From NCBI GenBank assembly GCA_001687465.1, contig LVLI01000070.1, positions 1-44,872 of the forward strand: DNA of 44,872 bases, written 5' to 3'. Shown here in pieces: positions 12,664 to 24,837 of this stretch (position 1 is the first letter of the stretch; each line of letters starts with the position of its first letter). The DNA is from Halocafeteria seosinensis (lineage: Eukaryota). Below the pieces are notes generated by a model. The model had not been told where the DNA came from and did no database searches. It saw only the letters and a list, made by a program, of their open reading frames with translations. The position numbers and the translations under genes were made by a program.

Positions 12664-13810
12664 ACACACACATGTGACAGATAGCCCACCGGCCGGGGGG
12701 TTGACCGCATCCTCTTAACGAGGAGCAGCATGCCCCCGTGTTAAGCAGCGACGGCCCCGCTGTTCCTGCAGCCTTGCTGACATGCGCTGTGAGGGAACGG
12801 AACACTGGCTTTGCTCAGGAGGCACGAGGGGAGGCGGCATGCCTGCGCCAGCGATGTCAGGATTATCGACAAGGTTCGGCCTGGGAAGAAAGGGCCCTGT
12901 GCATGCCACAGTGACGCCTACGTAGGACCACAAAACACTAACAACATAGTCTAATACAAAGGCCTGCTGCTGGGAATGAAACTGGTCTGCGATGCGTTTG
13001 ACGCACCCCCAAGTGCGCCACCAGAAAGCGGTCGACGTCTACATGGAAAGGACCGGTTGCAGCAGCGCAGTTAGGATTAAGTGTTGGTCCAAACGAGGCA
13101 GTTGTGGCCACTAACAAGCAGCCACCTGACAGGGGAGATGGCGCCCCAGGAGTTCCGTCCACCTCAGATTCGTCAACATAGCCCAGATTGTAGTACATTT
13201 CCTGCTCGAGACCAAAGATGATGCGGCTAGCCAGGTCCTCCTGAAGCCACGAAACCGGTTCCCACGTCCGTGCTGTCTGTAGGTAGCCCTTCCAGTGGAC
13301 GAGGATCCGCCTGTCGTGGAGCCTGAAGTCGATAAACCTCTCGACCTCATCTACCGTGTGTGTAGCTCTAGGTGGCTAGTCTAACCCATACTCGTTGGGT
13401 TGTTCGACGCGGTCTTAGCCAAGCGTTCGGCTGTCGAATTTGAGACCTTGCGTATGAACCTAATCTCTGCGCTCCTCACCATTGGGAGGTTCCTACGGTG
13501 AAACCATTCAGTCCGTGCCCGCTCGAAGAGCAGGATGAGCTTGTCGTTGCGGTACTGGGCTTCTGTGATCCATCATCATTTGTGAATCGCACTGGCTTGA
13601 GAGGCCTAACTGGAGTTTTGTACCAGCTGGCCCCTGTAGCATACAGCCTCGGCTCCCGCGTGCCGGGTTGCCCTTCGAAGCGCCATCGGTCTGGCAGAGT
13701 AGGCCCTCGAAGGCATCGGTTACGTTTATGGCTGGTGGAAGGTCCGCTGCGCACATCATTCCCAGCTCCGAGGGTACAGGTGCCATCACTGAGAATTGTG
13801 GGACCGCACC
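12664..13810 (-). mobile_element. Degenerate non-LTR retrotransposon remnant: archaeal-like RNase H, chromodomain, degenerate C-terminus, 3' hairpin and (TG)n tail
   Basis: Minus-strand translation gives QTDGASKGNP...CDSQMM...IRFIRKVSNSTAERLAKTA (RNase HI motifs, ~13710-13405) and DEVERFIDFRLHDRRILVHWKGYLQTARTWEPVSWL (chromodomain, 13351-13243). The 3' ~105 nt match the TSD-flanked copies at 35021 and 40264. Stops and deletions are present, no RT is visible, and the 5' boundary is approximate. Confidence 0.7.
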
Positions 13811-13824
13811 TTTATTTACTCTCC

Positions 13825-14520
13825 AATGTGAAAATGTATCCGCGACCACGGACTGCATCATGTTGGCCACCCTCTTTCAAGGTAGTAGATCGTTGAGTTC
13901 CCTGCTCCTGAACGGTGCAGCTATCAATCTGGGAGTGCCACCGCTATACTTGAGCACGAGCTTGGCTGCTTTTGGAACATCTGCATGATTTATCGAGCGC
14001 TTAAACTGCAACGCAATCATCTTCTTGACATGCAACAGTTTTAGTGTAGTTAGCCACAGGGGACGGGATATCGTGGGAGACTGTACGTTAGTCTTTATCA
14101 GTCGGAATTGGCTAACATCCTCATTTTTACCACTACAGTATAATAAAAGCCCTGGTTATTTCAGAGGGAATTCACTTCACAAGCATCGCATTCGTTTGCC
14201 TCGCTCCAATACAGAAGCACGATGGTCAGCGCGGCTGCTTTGGGAGAAGTTTCCCAGTTCATCGACGTGAACTAACACTTGGGGATGATCTGTTTGTTCC
14301 CACCATAAGGCTCAAAAATTCGAGCCATACCATTACTGGCAGTAGGAACTTGCCGCTTGGTATCCCACCACAGCTCGAAGTACTTACGTTCTTCGTCACT
14401 ATTTGACGGAAGGTAACGACCCATGAGCTAGAACCATGCCTTTGCTGTGTTCATTACATCGTCTATATACGATTCCCACCAGTCACGCGCTCTGAGGTTG
14501 GACCTAATCTCGTCTTCTCG
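13825..14520 (-). pseudogene. Degenerate CR-type NTPase fragment, paralogous to the 8381-11798 gene
   Basis: Manual translation VLVHVDELG...RCL*SEFPLK*PGLLLYCSGK...SPTISRPLWLTTLKLLHVKKMI...KYSGGTPRLI is collinear with VLLHFDEIA...SFWTKVPF...MFSSR...PPTSVRRIDLDLLSRENVKRLL...ETCGVPRLV. It has several in-frame stops and a frameshift. Boundaries are approximate. Confidence 0.65.
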
Positions 14521-14784
14521 CAAATGAAACTGTCTAAGCTTGCCTGGTATTGGGGTGTGTTGCAGCGGCCGTACATGTATTCGCCCCTTTGCCCGTAAGC
14601 ACTTGCCTCGTGTAAGATGAGGAGGCTGTGTGGGAATTTTTCGTCGCGGGCTCCTTTCTGGGTCTCCAGTCAACTGCTTGTCTGGCATTGGGGCGTCCTG
14701 CAGCGGCCGTATTCCCTCCCGGAGAAGGTCCTTTCTTCGGCATCGTCTGGTACAAACAGTGCGAACTATCCTCCTGGTCCCGTG

Positions 14785-14787
<3 letters not shown>

Positions 14788-14815
<28 letters not shown>
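14788..14815. repeat. (AC)14 microsatellite
   Basis: Directly visible. Confidence 0.95.
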
Positions 14816-14818
<3 letters not shown>

Positions 14819-15279
14819 AAAACTGTACTGTGCTGTATGACACAACACACACAANGAAAAGAAGAAAAACAAAGCTACCAGAGAGAACAAAGTAACGCNC
14901 TTGTGTACAACCCACGACCGCCGATCAATGCCAGGTACTGTTGCACAATAGACTTCATTCATGCAATTGACACTGAGTCAGGATTGGAACGACGCCTCAG
15001 CTTCACAAACTCTCTGCAGCCGAAGTTCCGGCTGGATATAACGAGAGCATGTTGGCGATTTGATGATACCATGTCCCATATGTACTGTTGGTTAAGAGTG
15101 TCTGGTCCATGGGTTAGTTTGTATAGGACCTAGATAAAATAGAAATAGTAGCCTCTAGAACACTTCCTGACCAGCCGTTAACAGGGTTTTCGTGAAGATC
15201 GCTTTACAGTCGTCCATACAGAACAGCTCGTGACTGTTTTCTCTATTTCTACAGCCTTAACCACTAGGAATCCGTTCAT

Positions 15280-18200
15280 ATGAGTAACGGCAAAATGGTG
15301 CGAACTCCATTGAGGGACACAACCAACGTGGCGCCATCTCCAGCACCCAACTCCACCGCCGCCAAATCCAAAAACGCGCGTCCCAGAGACTATACGTCCC
15401 ATACGGTATGTTTTGCTACTTTTTACACTGCCCAAGACGATTTTGGTGCAATGATGTCTTGCGAACCTAATGATGGTACCTTAATGGAAGGAAATTGTTT
15501 GTGCTACTGCTTATCAGCTACAGAGTGAAGCGTCGGGAAGTGGAGAAGCTCAGGAGACGTCGACCGGAAACGAACATGATCAGACGTACCAGGAATATAA
15601 GGAACGACTCCAAGTATCGCGCGGATGGCACATTCCTACGAGGGAAGCACTGCTGCTCATGCAGCATCCAGATTGCCCGCCTCCTTGCAAATCTGTCGGG
15701 TTCTGTTTGAATTCCGTAAGTGCATTCCAGCTTTGACCACACTTGTGACTATATTAAGATATTCTTCTTGCTCAAAATACAGGTGCTCCTCTCTATCGGG
15801 CAAATCAAATTTACAAAAGAAGGCCTACTGTTTGATGGAAGATATCTGAAACATGAACAGGAAACCTCGGTTTCGTACCAAGGAACACAGTATTTGTTTT
15901 TTCCATACAAGGACGTGATCGAGACGCGGGCAAAGCAATTAGACGCAGAACCGCCACAAATGTTTGTTGAAATGCCATGGCCAAAAGACATAGACTCGAA
16001 CCGGGAGCATTTCGATTGGGCCGATCAACGCTTATTTTGCTCCTTCGTCTTCTTGCCACGTAGGTAGCATAATCTTCTCTATGTGGAATACCCCAAATCA
16101 GTTCTTTTACCTCAATATCTCTCGCTTTTCAATCATGCAGTACCGAAAGAGAAAAGTGATCGTGGCAACATACATGAAATATGCACTGCCGCGTTGGCGC
16201 GCACAGCTACTTCGAATTCCTCATCAAGTCCCGAGGACAGCAACAAAGAAGATACGGAGTTTGCAACGACAAAGCCTTCAAACAACAGCGAGCAGAATGC
16301 GAAAGCTCAAATACATGCTCCCAAACCTAACCCTAATGGGGAGCCGGCATCAAGGATACGTGCTATTCGGGAAAAAGCAGCTGCAGCCGCCGCAGAACGA
16401 AAAAAGAAGGCGATTGAGCGAGAAGAAGCCAGAGAACACAGACGAAAACAGTTATCTCAGAAACAAGAGGAAGGCACCACATGTGTGGAGGAAAATGGGA
16501 GCAGAAATGATAGCAACGTCGAACAATGTCAGAGTGACAGTGAAGACAGCAGCAGTACCGAACCTCTTTCACTACCAAGCAACTCCGCTACTGCAACCAT
16601 CACCGAAGTGCAACATACGGAAGCGTGCTCTGATTCGTACTCAAGTCAAGAAGCAGCCACCGATATTAGCGAAGAAACGGCCGTTAGTGTAGGGGCTACA
16701 ACGGAAGTCAATGGAGTCGCCTCTGCGCGTCCACCACCAGCACCGGATTCGTCCCGCGAAGATGCTGGATCGCATCAGCAAGATACAGCTAAAAGCAGCC
16801 CACCCGGATGTGCGGCAACTGGTTCCATTTACTCCTCCTCATTTTCTCATGCACTGCCGCCGGTCGAATCTATGTCAACTAGGGATATAGTGTGTGAGCT
16901 GGCCTCCGTGTCATACGCTCGAGCTCCTCCGATGCAGCCTACTTCCTCAACGGAAGCGATTCAGGACCCGGATTATCAACACAACGAAGCAACAGCAATC
17001 TCCCGGGCTAATTTTATTCAGAGGTTACCGGTAGGGGGAGATCATGACTATCACCTGCATCGTAGCAACAGCGTGCAGATTTCGCCTAATATGAAATCGT
17101 TGCTCTCTATAGTGGATGATGACTGTCTTCCAACTGCGGTGCCAATTGCGGGATTCGGCACTTCTGGCCGGCCCGTTGCCGCGCTCGACAATTCAAGCTT
17201 GGTAGCTAGTGGCGATCGCGATAATACTGTGGTTATCCCTTCACCATTTGACATTGATATATCTTACCCAGGTGTTGCCTTTGACATGAGTAGTGATGAG
17301 GAAGGTCAGTTACTAGAACCTCAACGGAGGTTTCAGGCACTGTGTGATGACTACATGAGAAACCACGATGTGTCCATTCCCGAGGATCTTGCTCACTGCA
17401 AAGTTCTCCGTCCCTCCTATCGGCATCCGCGAGACCCTCATGGTTGTCTGACTGCAACTGCGTCCATCGCAAGGATCGAAGCATTGCGTGAACGCTTAAA
17501 CCAGTTAACCGATGGTTACCCAGTGACGGCTCCACCACCACCAGCAGCGCTTCTACCCGAGGACATGCCCATAGGCCTGTACCCACCGTTCAATTCCTCG
17601 ATCAAGAAACAAAAACAAAGTAATGAGATTGCTGAACTCAGGCCTCGCCTGACTGAGATGATGGAAGCTCGCAAAGCTGAGGAGAATTACATGAAGGAAG
17701 CAACAAAAGCAACTGCTATGAAGGAAAATGGACAGTATCATTATTATGATGAATCCGATGCTGAGTTATCAGCTAGAGAGTACGAACGCCGTTACATGGA
17801 AGATGTCCACCGAATGCGCGCTGACACGGATGCAAATCTTGAACTGGAGTTAGCGGCGGTGATGGAGGATACTCCATTAGACTGGTGGAAACAGGAACAA
17901 GGTCCTTGCGTATGGGCTCGTCCCTCGGAGGGTCAGGTCGAGCATAATAATACTGAGACCACTCCAGTAACCGGGGAAAAAGACAACTCTGATTCTCAAG
18001 ACGACGCAGGCAGCATTGGAGTCAGTGAGAGTGGTTTCCTTGAGAAATGCGTGGCGTCAGCCCATGGGTCTCTTTTGAAATGGATGGAGGTAGATCAACG
18101 AACATTTGAATACTTGATTTCGGCTACCCAAGGGGACGACGGCCAGCGCGATCCATTTATAACCTCAGCGTATTTGGAATTCTCGTCGGCTGTATATCAA

Positions 18201-20294
18201 GCACTCCGGAGGTACTCATCTAAAATTGGTATGGCCGGTATTCAAGCTAAGAAATATCTTTCCCACGCCACTCCGCAAACCAACAAAGAGAGTAGCGTTT
18301 CTGGTGCGGACGCATTGGGCGATTCTGCGGAGGATGAATCGGAAGAGCTCGAGTTCCATCAGGGTTCCCAGCAACGTATCAGCAAGTCTCCAGAATCGCA
18401 ATCAGAAGGAACTGCAGTTACAAGCACTGGTACAAGCCACAACGGAGATGTGTCTACACACCAATCCATGATCTCCGAGCACCAAGCAGGATGCACAGTG
18501 GGTGCCACAGAGGAGGCCTCTAATTTGAATGAAGAGCAACGCCAAGCCCCTGTCTCGGAACAAGATGTAGGTGTCACGGATGCGGATTGTGGCACTAGCA
18601 CTTTGGACAATACCACTGTAGAGGTTGCCAAACGTGGCTCGGATATAGCCCTCAGCGAAGAGATGCAAGCAGGCCCCAGACAAGGCGGCGAAGAGGAAAA
18701 CAACGAAACCCCTCGTGTGATTTTCCAAACTGGTGTTGGAAGCAATGGATCAGACCTAAACAAGAGTGAATGTCGTTGGATTTCGGCGTCCCTAGAAGAG
18801 GACGAGGAGGAGCAGAACGAATGCGGTGATGTCCTCCCAGAAATTTTAGAAGAGTCTGGATCCGAGGAGAATCTCGAGAGCGAAAGCACCAGCGAAAATG
18901 AGGTGGACTCTGCCTGCCGTAAACAGGACGAGTGTACAAGCAATCTACCCAAGTTTCATGAGAGGTATCCCTCTAAGGTGCATTCTGAGCCCCGCCGGGG
19001 AAGAGACCTGACCAGCCCCTCGGTCAAGCATGAAAGCCAAAATGTGACTCCCTGCGCCAAATCCACATCATATTTGCAGCGTGCTGTGGAGAAAACTCCA
19101 TTTTTCTCCCCACGGAAGCGAGTATCCAGTCGTTCGTCAAAGAAGGAAGCAGATACTGCAACACCCTCGTTCAAAGAGGTGGTGATGCGACGACTTGATA
19201 AACTAATGTTGGAAGATGAAAATGCAGAGCAATCCGAAGATTATGTGCGTGCCCGGCTTTTCGATGAAAATGAAGACGCAACCGTTGCAGCTGCAGTATC
19301 TGAAGAAAATTCTCCCACTGCGGAAGAGGAGGACTCGGACGACGTCGTCTTTCCAGGAGATCTTTTAGGTAACGACGAGGACGACGATAGACAAGCAAAC
19401 GGTGGCCAATCCGGGTTTGCGGATACTGAGTTTGAGACGAAATCGGCGGAAGATGATCCGAATAAATTGCCATCGGTAATATGTGATGATGGTGGAGAGG
19501 CATGTAGTCAGGGCGGTCGTCTGGAAGCCGGTGTCGTTCAACGTACCTCAAACTCCCCCTCTTGCTTCTCTGGGAACGTACGTGCCAAAACACCGACATT
19601 TGATCCGTCTCCTGCCAGTATCCAGAACGCTATGCCACTATTTTCGCCGGCCATGCTGTGGAAGATGGAAGAAAGTCCGATTAGCTCGTTACCGAACCCT
19701 GCGCAGTTCCTGCGGGCTCACCACGAAGATTCAGTCGAAGAAGAAGGTAAGACTCCCTCTCCCCCAGCCAATACGCCATCGGGATTCTCTGCGTTAGTCA
19801 ATAGGTTTAGATTGATGAGGCTGGTTAGTAAACGAGGATCCCCTGCTAGTGGGAAAGCGAAGACGCGCTCCCGGATCACGCCAACGCACAGTGGTTCTCC
19901 CCAAGAAGCCGAACGGGCGAATACTTCCAAATCTTCTCGGAAGATGCTCTCGTTTTCCAGTGCTCCGTGTGTCCTGTCCTGTAGAGACGAAAACGCGGAA
20001 AGCCCTTCCAGCTCTGAGACTCAAAAGTTGGGAGTATCTACCGATCAAAGTAGCGACTTATCGTCTTCCTATGGAGACGAAAACACTGGAGTTTCGCCTC
20101 GGACAGAGAAGCCTGTCGTATGTACTGATCAATATAGTACCTCTGCGCCATTATCGACGGACGCCAACAGCCCTGTAGCATCCCCATCTACCACGAGTCC
20201 TCCGCATGCAAGTTCTCATGCAGCCCTGCTGCGCAAGATGATACATTCTCCGGAAAGCTGGGAGCCAAACCAAACGTCGGAAGAAAGGAGTTAA
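15280..20294 (+). CDS. Large hypothetical protein, mostly low-complexity/acidic with a short coiled-coil; about 4 exons
   Basis: 1403-codon ORF 16083-20294. Upstream exons ~15280-15405, ~15518-15715 and ~15783-16058 join through GT-AG introns. No recognisable domain. Confidence 0.65.
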
Positions 20295-20393
20295 GTGACT
20301 AAATTTCGTAATGGTTCATTAATCATAAACGTAAGGTTAAATTAATAACACAAAGTAAGTGTCCATTTTATTTCTGATGAGATTCTTAGTCGC

Positions 20394-21297
20394 TCAAATC
20401 ATCCAACACGCAATGGAGCCGACAAATTGACCAACGGTCGTACCAATACCTGGCCAAATAAGTGTCCCCAATGCTACACCTGTTCCTTCCGAAGCAACCG
20501 ATCCTACCGAGCGCACAAATAGGGACAAACTCTGATTAATCACATCTTTCCAAGGTGGTATGCGGTAGTCCTTTTCGATAGAGTCTAATTGTTGCAGTGA
20601 CTTTTTAAGTTCATATCCTACCCGTTCACGTTCCAGGTGGGAGGTATTTGGATCTCGATATAGTTCAGATTGCATCGCTCGGGCTCTGTGCAGCCTTTTC
20701 TCAGCCCGGTTCTTGAGCTGGTCGCGCCTCAGTTTCTTCCACAGCACAGTTCCAATAATGATAGTCTCTTCCACTGTGTATATAGCCGAGCAAGGTATCA
20801 CAGCACTCCTCGCTCCCACCATGAACATAGAGTAGGCAGCTTGAAGTCTCGCCTTGAACTCATGATCTGGGTCACGCTTCTTTTGCACTTTATATAGAGC
20901 TTCCTTGCTGGGGTCTGCAACTCTCAAAACCCTATAGGGTCCTCAGTTGATACGTAGGAACCACACAGTGTATCGTACCTCTCATGAAGCGGCCCGCGGT
21001 CTTCTCATCCCATAATTGAAGCGCAAGGTATTCGAATAAGCGCTGCACTGAAATGACTGAGATATCCTTAGCTATGGCCGGTCCAATCAAGTACAGCGCT
21101 TCCTGAGGGGAGCTGTATTCGGCTATCGCTTCCGCTGGGTCCTTGTCCTGCTCCATGGCTGAATTGGAGACGTGGGACAGCTTCATGGCAGTGTTTTTGA
21201 ACACTGTCAGTACCAGGCGAGTGGGCCGAAGGTGGTCAAAAGGCCTCTTACGGTGTCGTAAGGGGTCTTTACGGTATCGTACGATGTCTCCACTCAT
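20394..21297 (-). CDS. Hypothetical protein, 2 exons, with a C-terminal glycine-zipper-like hydrophobic segment
   Basis: ORFs 20932-21357 and 20394-20927 join through a ~50-nt GT-AG intron (~20980-20932). C-terminus GTGVALGTLIWPGIGTTVGQFVG. Start codon uncertain. Confidence 0.65.
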
Positions 21298-22594
21298 TTT
21301 TGCTATTCTTGCCTTGACTAAAAACCTCGCATCCACACAACCTCGGGACAGATACAATTTCGGTTTATCAACAACAATCGAATAATCGTCTGTAAGGGAA
21401 GTTCACGATTACAGTAAGTGTCTACGACGTTTTTCGGATACGTTGGTCCACCACTGTTTGCAATCGAAGGAATCAGGTCGCTATTCGCAATAAACAGTCG
21501 GATGAAACTAGTTAAATCGATGGATGAAGAAAAGTATCGTCCTTCTCACTTCTTGCTTCGCAAGCGATTCCGAATTCCTGGCATTCCTAAAAATGATGCA
21601 TCTTATCCAATTGTTGGATAACACCTTCCTTGTAATTTCTATTCTTTGGAAGCTTATTAGTGTGGAAGCAGCTAAGTAGAACCCATGATGGGATTATACG
21701 TACCATATACATGTACACCGGGCAACTTCTCGTGGTAGCAAGAATCGGAACCGAATTCTCGGACGCACTTCCGCGCGACCCGATCAAGTTGAAGTTGAGT
21801 GCTCCCATCGCTCTATTGGAGTCATAAGCACCAAATTCTCCAAGTACCCGACCGCATGCGAAGATTCCCGTACAAGAGCACCAGGAGGTGACGAAAATGG
21901 GTCGAACGACTGAGTTCTAGGGTCCATATCATGGATTCTTGCCCAAGGGTGGAGTTGTTGACCCCGGACCACTCGCCGTACCCCCGCCACGGACACCCGG
22001 CCATGGGTCAACCTTCGGACCTTCTCAGTAACACGTCTATCGCAGGATTTGATGATGTCAGAGCCGTCTACATTGTCAGTAGCACCAACACTTCTCTCAA
22101 CTAACCCGTTTCCTCTGTTGTGGCCGGTGGAGGAGAGAGGAGAGTGTATTTGTTACCCTATAGCAGTGGGTGTTCTTTTGGGAAGCTATTTGAACACTCC
22201 CACAACCTCAAGCGGTCGTAGTCTGTTTATAGTCTCTACACGACTGCATGTACACGTTCACGACCAGTCTAAAGGCTTATCTATAGTATATTGTTGATAG
22301 TTTGTTATCCGACTGGAATCGCCCGAGTGGGAAACGCTATTGGAGGTGAAAAACACTTCTGTGATTTTGCTCGTTTTGACGCGCTGCATTTTGCCAGTTT
22401 CAGTACCATAGCATCTCCCGCGTGTATGCACGGACGGCCAATATTGTGGTATCCTCCGCAATACAATAGAGAAAGGTCTGGTAAGCTGCCTCTCCCGTGG
22501 ACACACCTAGGCGTGTCGTCTTTGGACTGAAAGTCACGTGCAGAGTGGGGCGCAGGAGATCCAAGAGAAGATCATCGGGAAAACCTTGGGGACG

Positions 22595-24337
22595 ATGAGC
22601 TCTCGTGCTCAACAGCAGTACGCTACATCTTTGCTTCAGCGTGATGCTAATGAAGAGACGAAACCACGTAACCAGCCCCAATATCATGGGACCTCGTCTT
22701 TTTTAGCGAATGACATTATGTATGGCAGGAGGGGAGAAGTGCAGGAGTGGATGGGACCTCGCGACCAACTGNAACCGCCAGTGGGTGCGGGACCCCACCA
22801 ATCGTACTTGGTACCCCAGGAAGGAAGGGCTGATCGCATGCAACCAATGGATGCAGTATATGAAACCAGTTACAAACGACATAGAAGAGAGTACGGTGAA
22901 GAACAAGACGAAGAGGATGATGACAGTCAGTTCGACCGCGAACAAATTCCCCGACGGAGTGGCCGGTACGGCGACGTAAGCTCCTACGACTACGACGACT
23001 TCGACTCAAACCAAGGATTTGCTCTCAGACAGAAGCCTTCAGAACAGGATGAGCAAAAAGAACTTGGTGACACAATTTCGGAAACAGGTAGTGGTAGGCG
23101 ACGCGGTAGACGAAGGGTTAATGGAAGAGCGACACGAAGAGGTGCGGAGGTTCAAGACGATGGTCGAAGTAGCGCGTTTGAAAGCGAGACTGGTAGTATG
23201 GGTGCCTCCCAGAGTGCTCGTCCTGAAGATGAGGACGAAGAAGTGGGTGAAGATGAGGAAGGAGATGAGGAATATTCGCAAGATGATCGTCGTGTGATGG
23301 ATGAAGAGGAGTTGAAAGTGCGTCGAACGAGACGAGGAGTTTACAAGTCCAAGAAGAAGGATTCTAATACCGCCGCCACAGAAGAGGCCGGGAATGAATA
23401 CCCGAAGAAAAAGTACAGACGGTACGTGCACATAGAGTGGATCTCACTAAATTTTATCTTATTCCGCGTCGATTGTCTGCAGGCGGAGGAACGCTCCGGG
23501 ACGAAGGTCAAAAACTCGAGTTAACAGCCCTCGGAGAAAGAAAATTGTAAAACGTTCCGTGAGCAATCGTGACATCGAGATTGTTTTCGATTTATGCAAT
23601 GAGCCCTGTCTCAAATACAACATTGCCCAAGTGCTGGATCCTGGAACAGATTACACTGATGTACGGACGTGTCATGAATTTGACGTAGTGAATGCTCTAA
23701 TAATTCGTCTGTCTCTTCATGTCAATGCAGTGGACAAGTTTCAAACTTAAAGAACGTACTATTTACATGGACACGGTCGCCAATAGGTAAGCAAGTGCCT
23801 CTTTTTGCTCCCATGGGTATACCTCTTCTAGTAGAGGGTTTCTGGTTGACCAGATACGAGATATGCCGTGAGGATAGCGCATCCGAGGATGGTTTTGATC
23901 AATATCGGATTTCGAAGGTAAAACGGTGTCGCTCACTAGGCATTCGCGATATGGCAAACATTCAGGTAATGGCTTTCTAGCGATAATTGTCAGCATTGTC
24001 AGCTGCGTCATCTCCAGAATCGGTCTTACAGATTCCCCTTCCTGAATCGGAACTTGATGTGTTACATAGGCACGTGCAATGGGATGAAATATTTTGGGCC
24101 TCTGAGGGTGTGGAAATAAGTGATTTGAAGTTGAAACTTCATTGTCTTCGCTTTTGTCTAAACATTCAACCTCTTCATCATGAAGAACTGCAACGTGAAT
24201 TGAACGATATAGATGCGATAGAGGAAACGTTTCGAGACGAATTTCCTGTTGACCCCTTTTATGACGAACCCGAATGGGAAGTCGTACGTAAGATTCCTGA
24301 GTTCATGAACGCGTATAGATCGTTCAAGAGTGAATAG
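22595..24337 (+). CDS. Hypothetical multi-exon protein with an acidic/basic disordered N-terminus and a globular C-terminus
   Basis: Consecutive + strand ORFs (22538-23524, 23559-23750, 23795-23980, 23987-24337) are separated by short GT-AG intron-like segments (donors ~23422, ~23661, ~23787, ~23966). Confidence 0.6.
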
Positions 24338-24837
24338 GTTCCGACGACATGCTGTAACTTCTCAGTGGCACCGAAGGAGTTGTGGAGAAATGTACATTTG
24401 CACCCATAGTACTTGTGGTATACAGAAATCCCGTTGCAATGCATACAGTGTATCGAAATACGGTCAAGTATTCCCTCTAGTCTATTCGTTGGGTCCTTGA
24501 ACGTCTAGTCGACTAAGGTGACACAGTAGCAGCAAGAAAGATAAAAAAAATTCCCACCACGCCGCTACGCACTGTATATACTTGAGGCTTAAGTATTTTG
24601 CAAATACACCTGCCTTGTGGCAGCTGCTGAGCGGAAAAGAATTCTTCTTTTTCTGGAGTTCAGTTGAGGAACGAATCCAAGCCAACATGTTACGGCCCGG
24701 ATAGATTAGTTGTACGTTTTCCGGGTGCAAAATAGCCAATGACCATTTTTGTTTTCCATTTTTGGTGAAGAAAACGACTAATACTATCGATTTCCCTAGG
24801 TTTGGATAATTGAGGTTGAAAGAAGATTTCTGGAATT

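Noticed and set aside
12664..14815. One 2.1-kb element bounded by (CA)n tracts at both ends
   Set aside because: 13825-14520 translates as a CR-NTPase pseudogene, the (AC)14 tract lacks the diagnostic gtcacat junction, and no unique TSD was found.
21400..22250. Possible small multi-exon gene on the minus strand
   Set aside because: There are some splice-like signals and a coding-looking stretch (~22100-21850), but I could not assemble a consistent model or recognise a domain.
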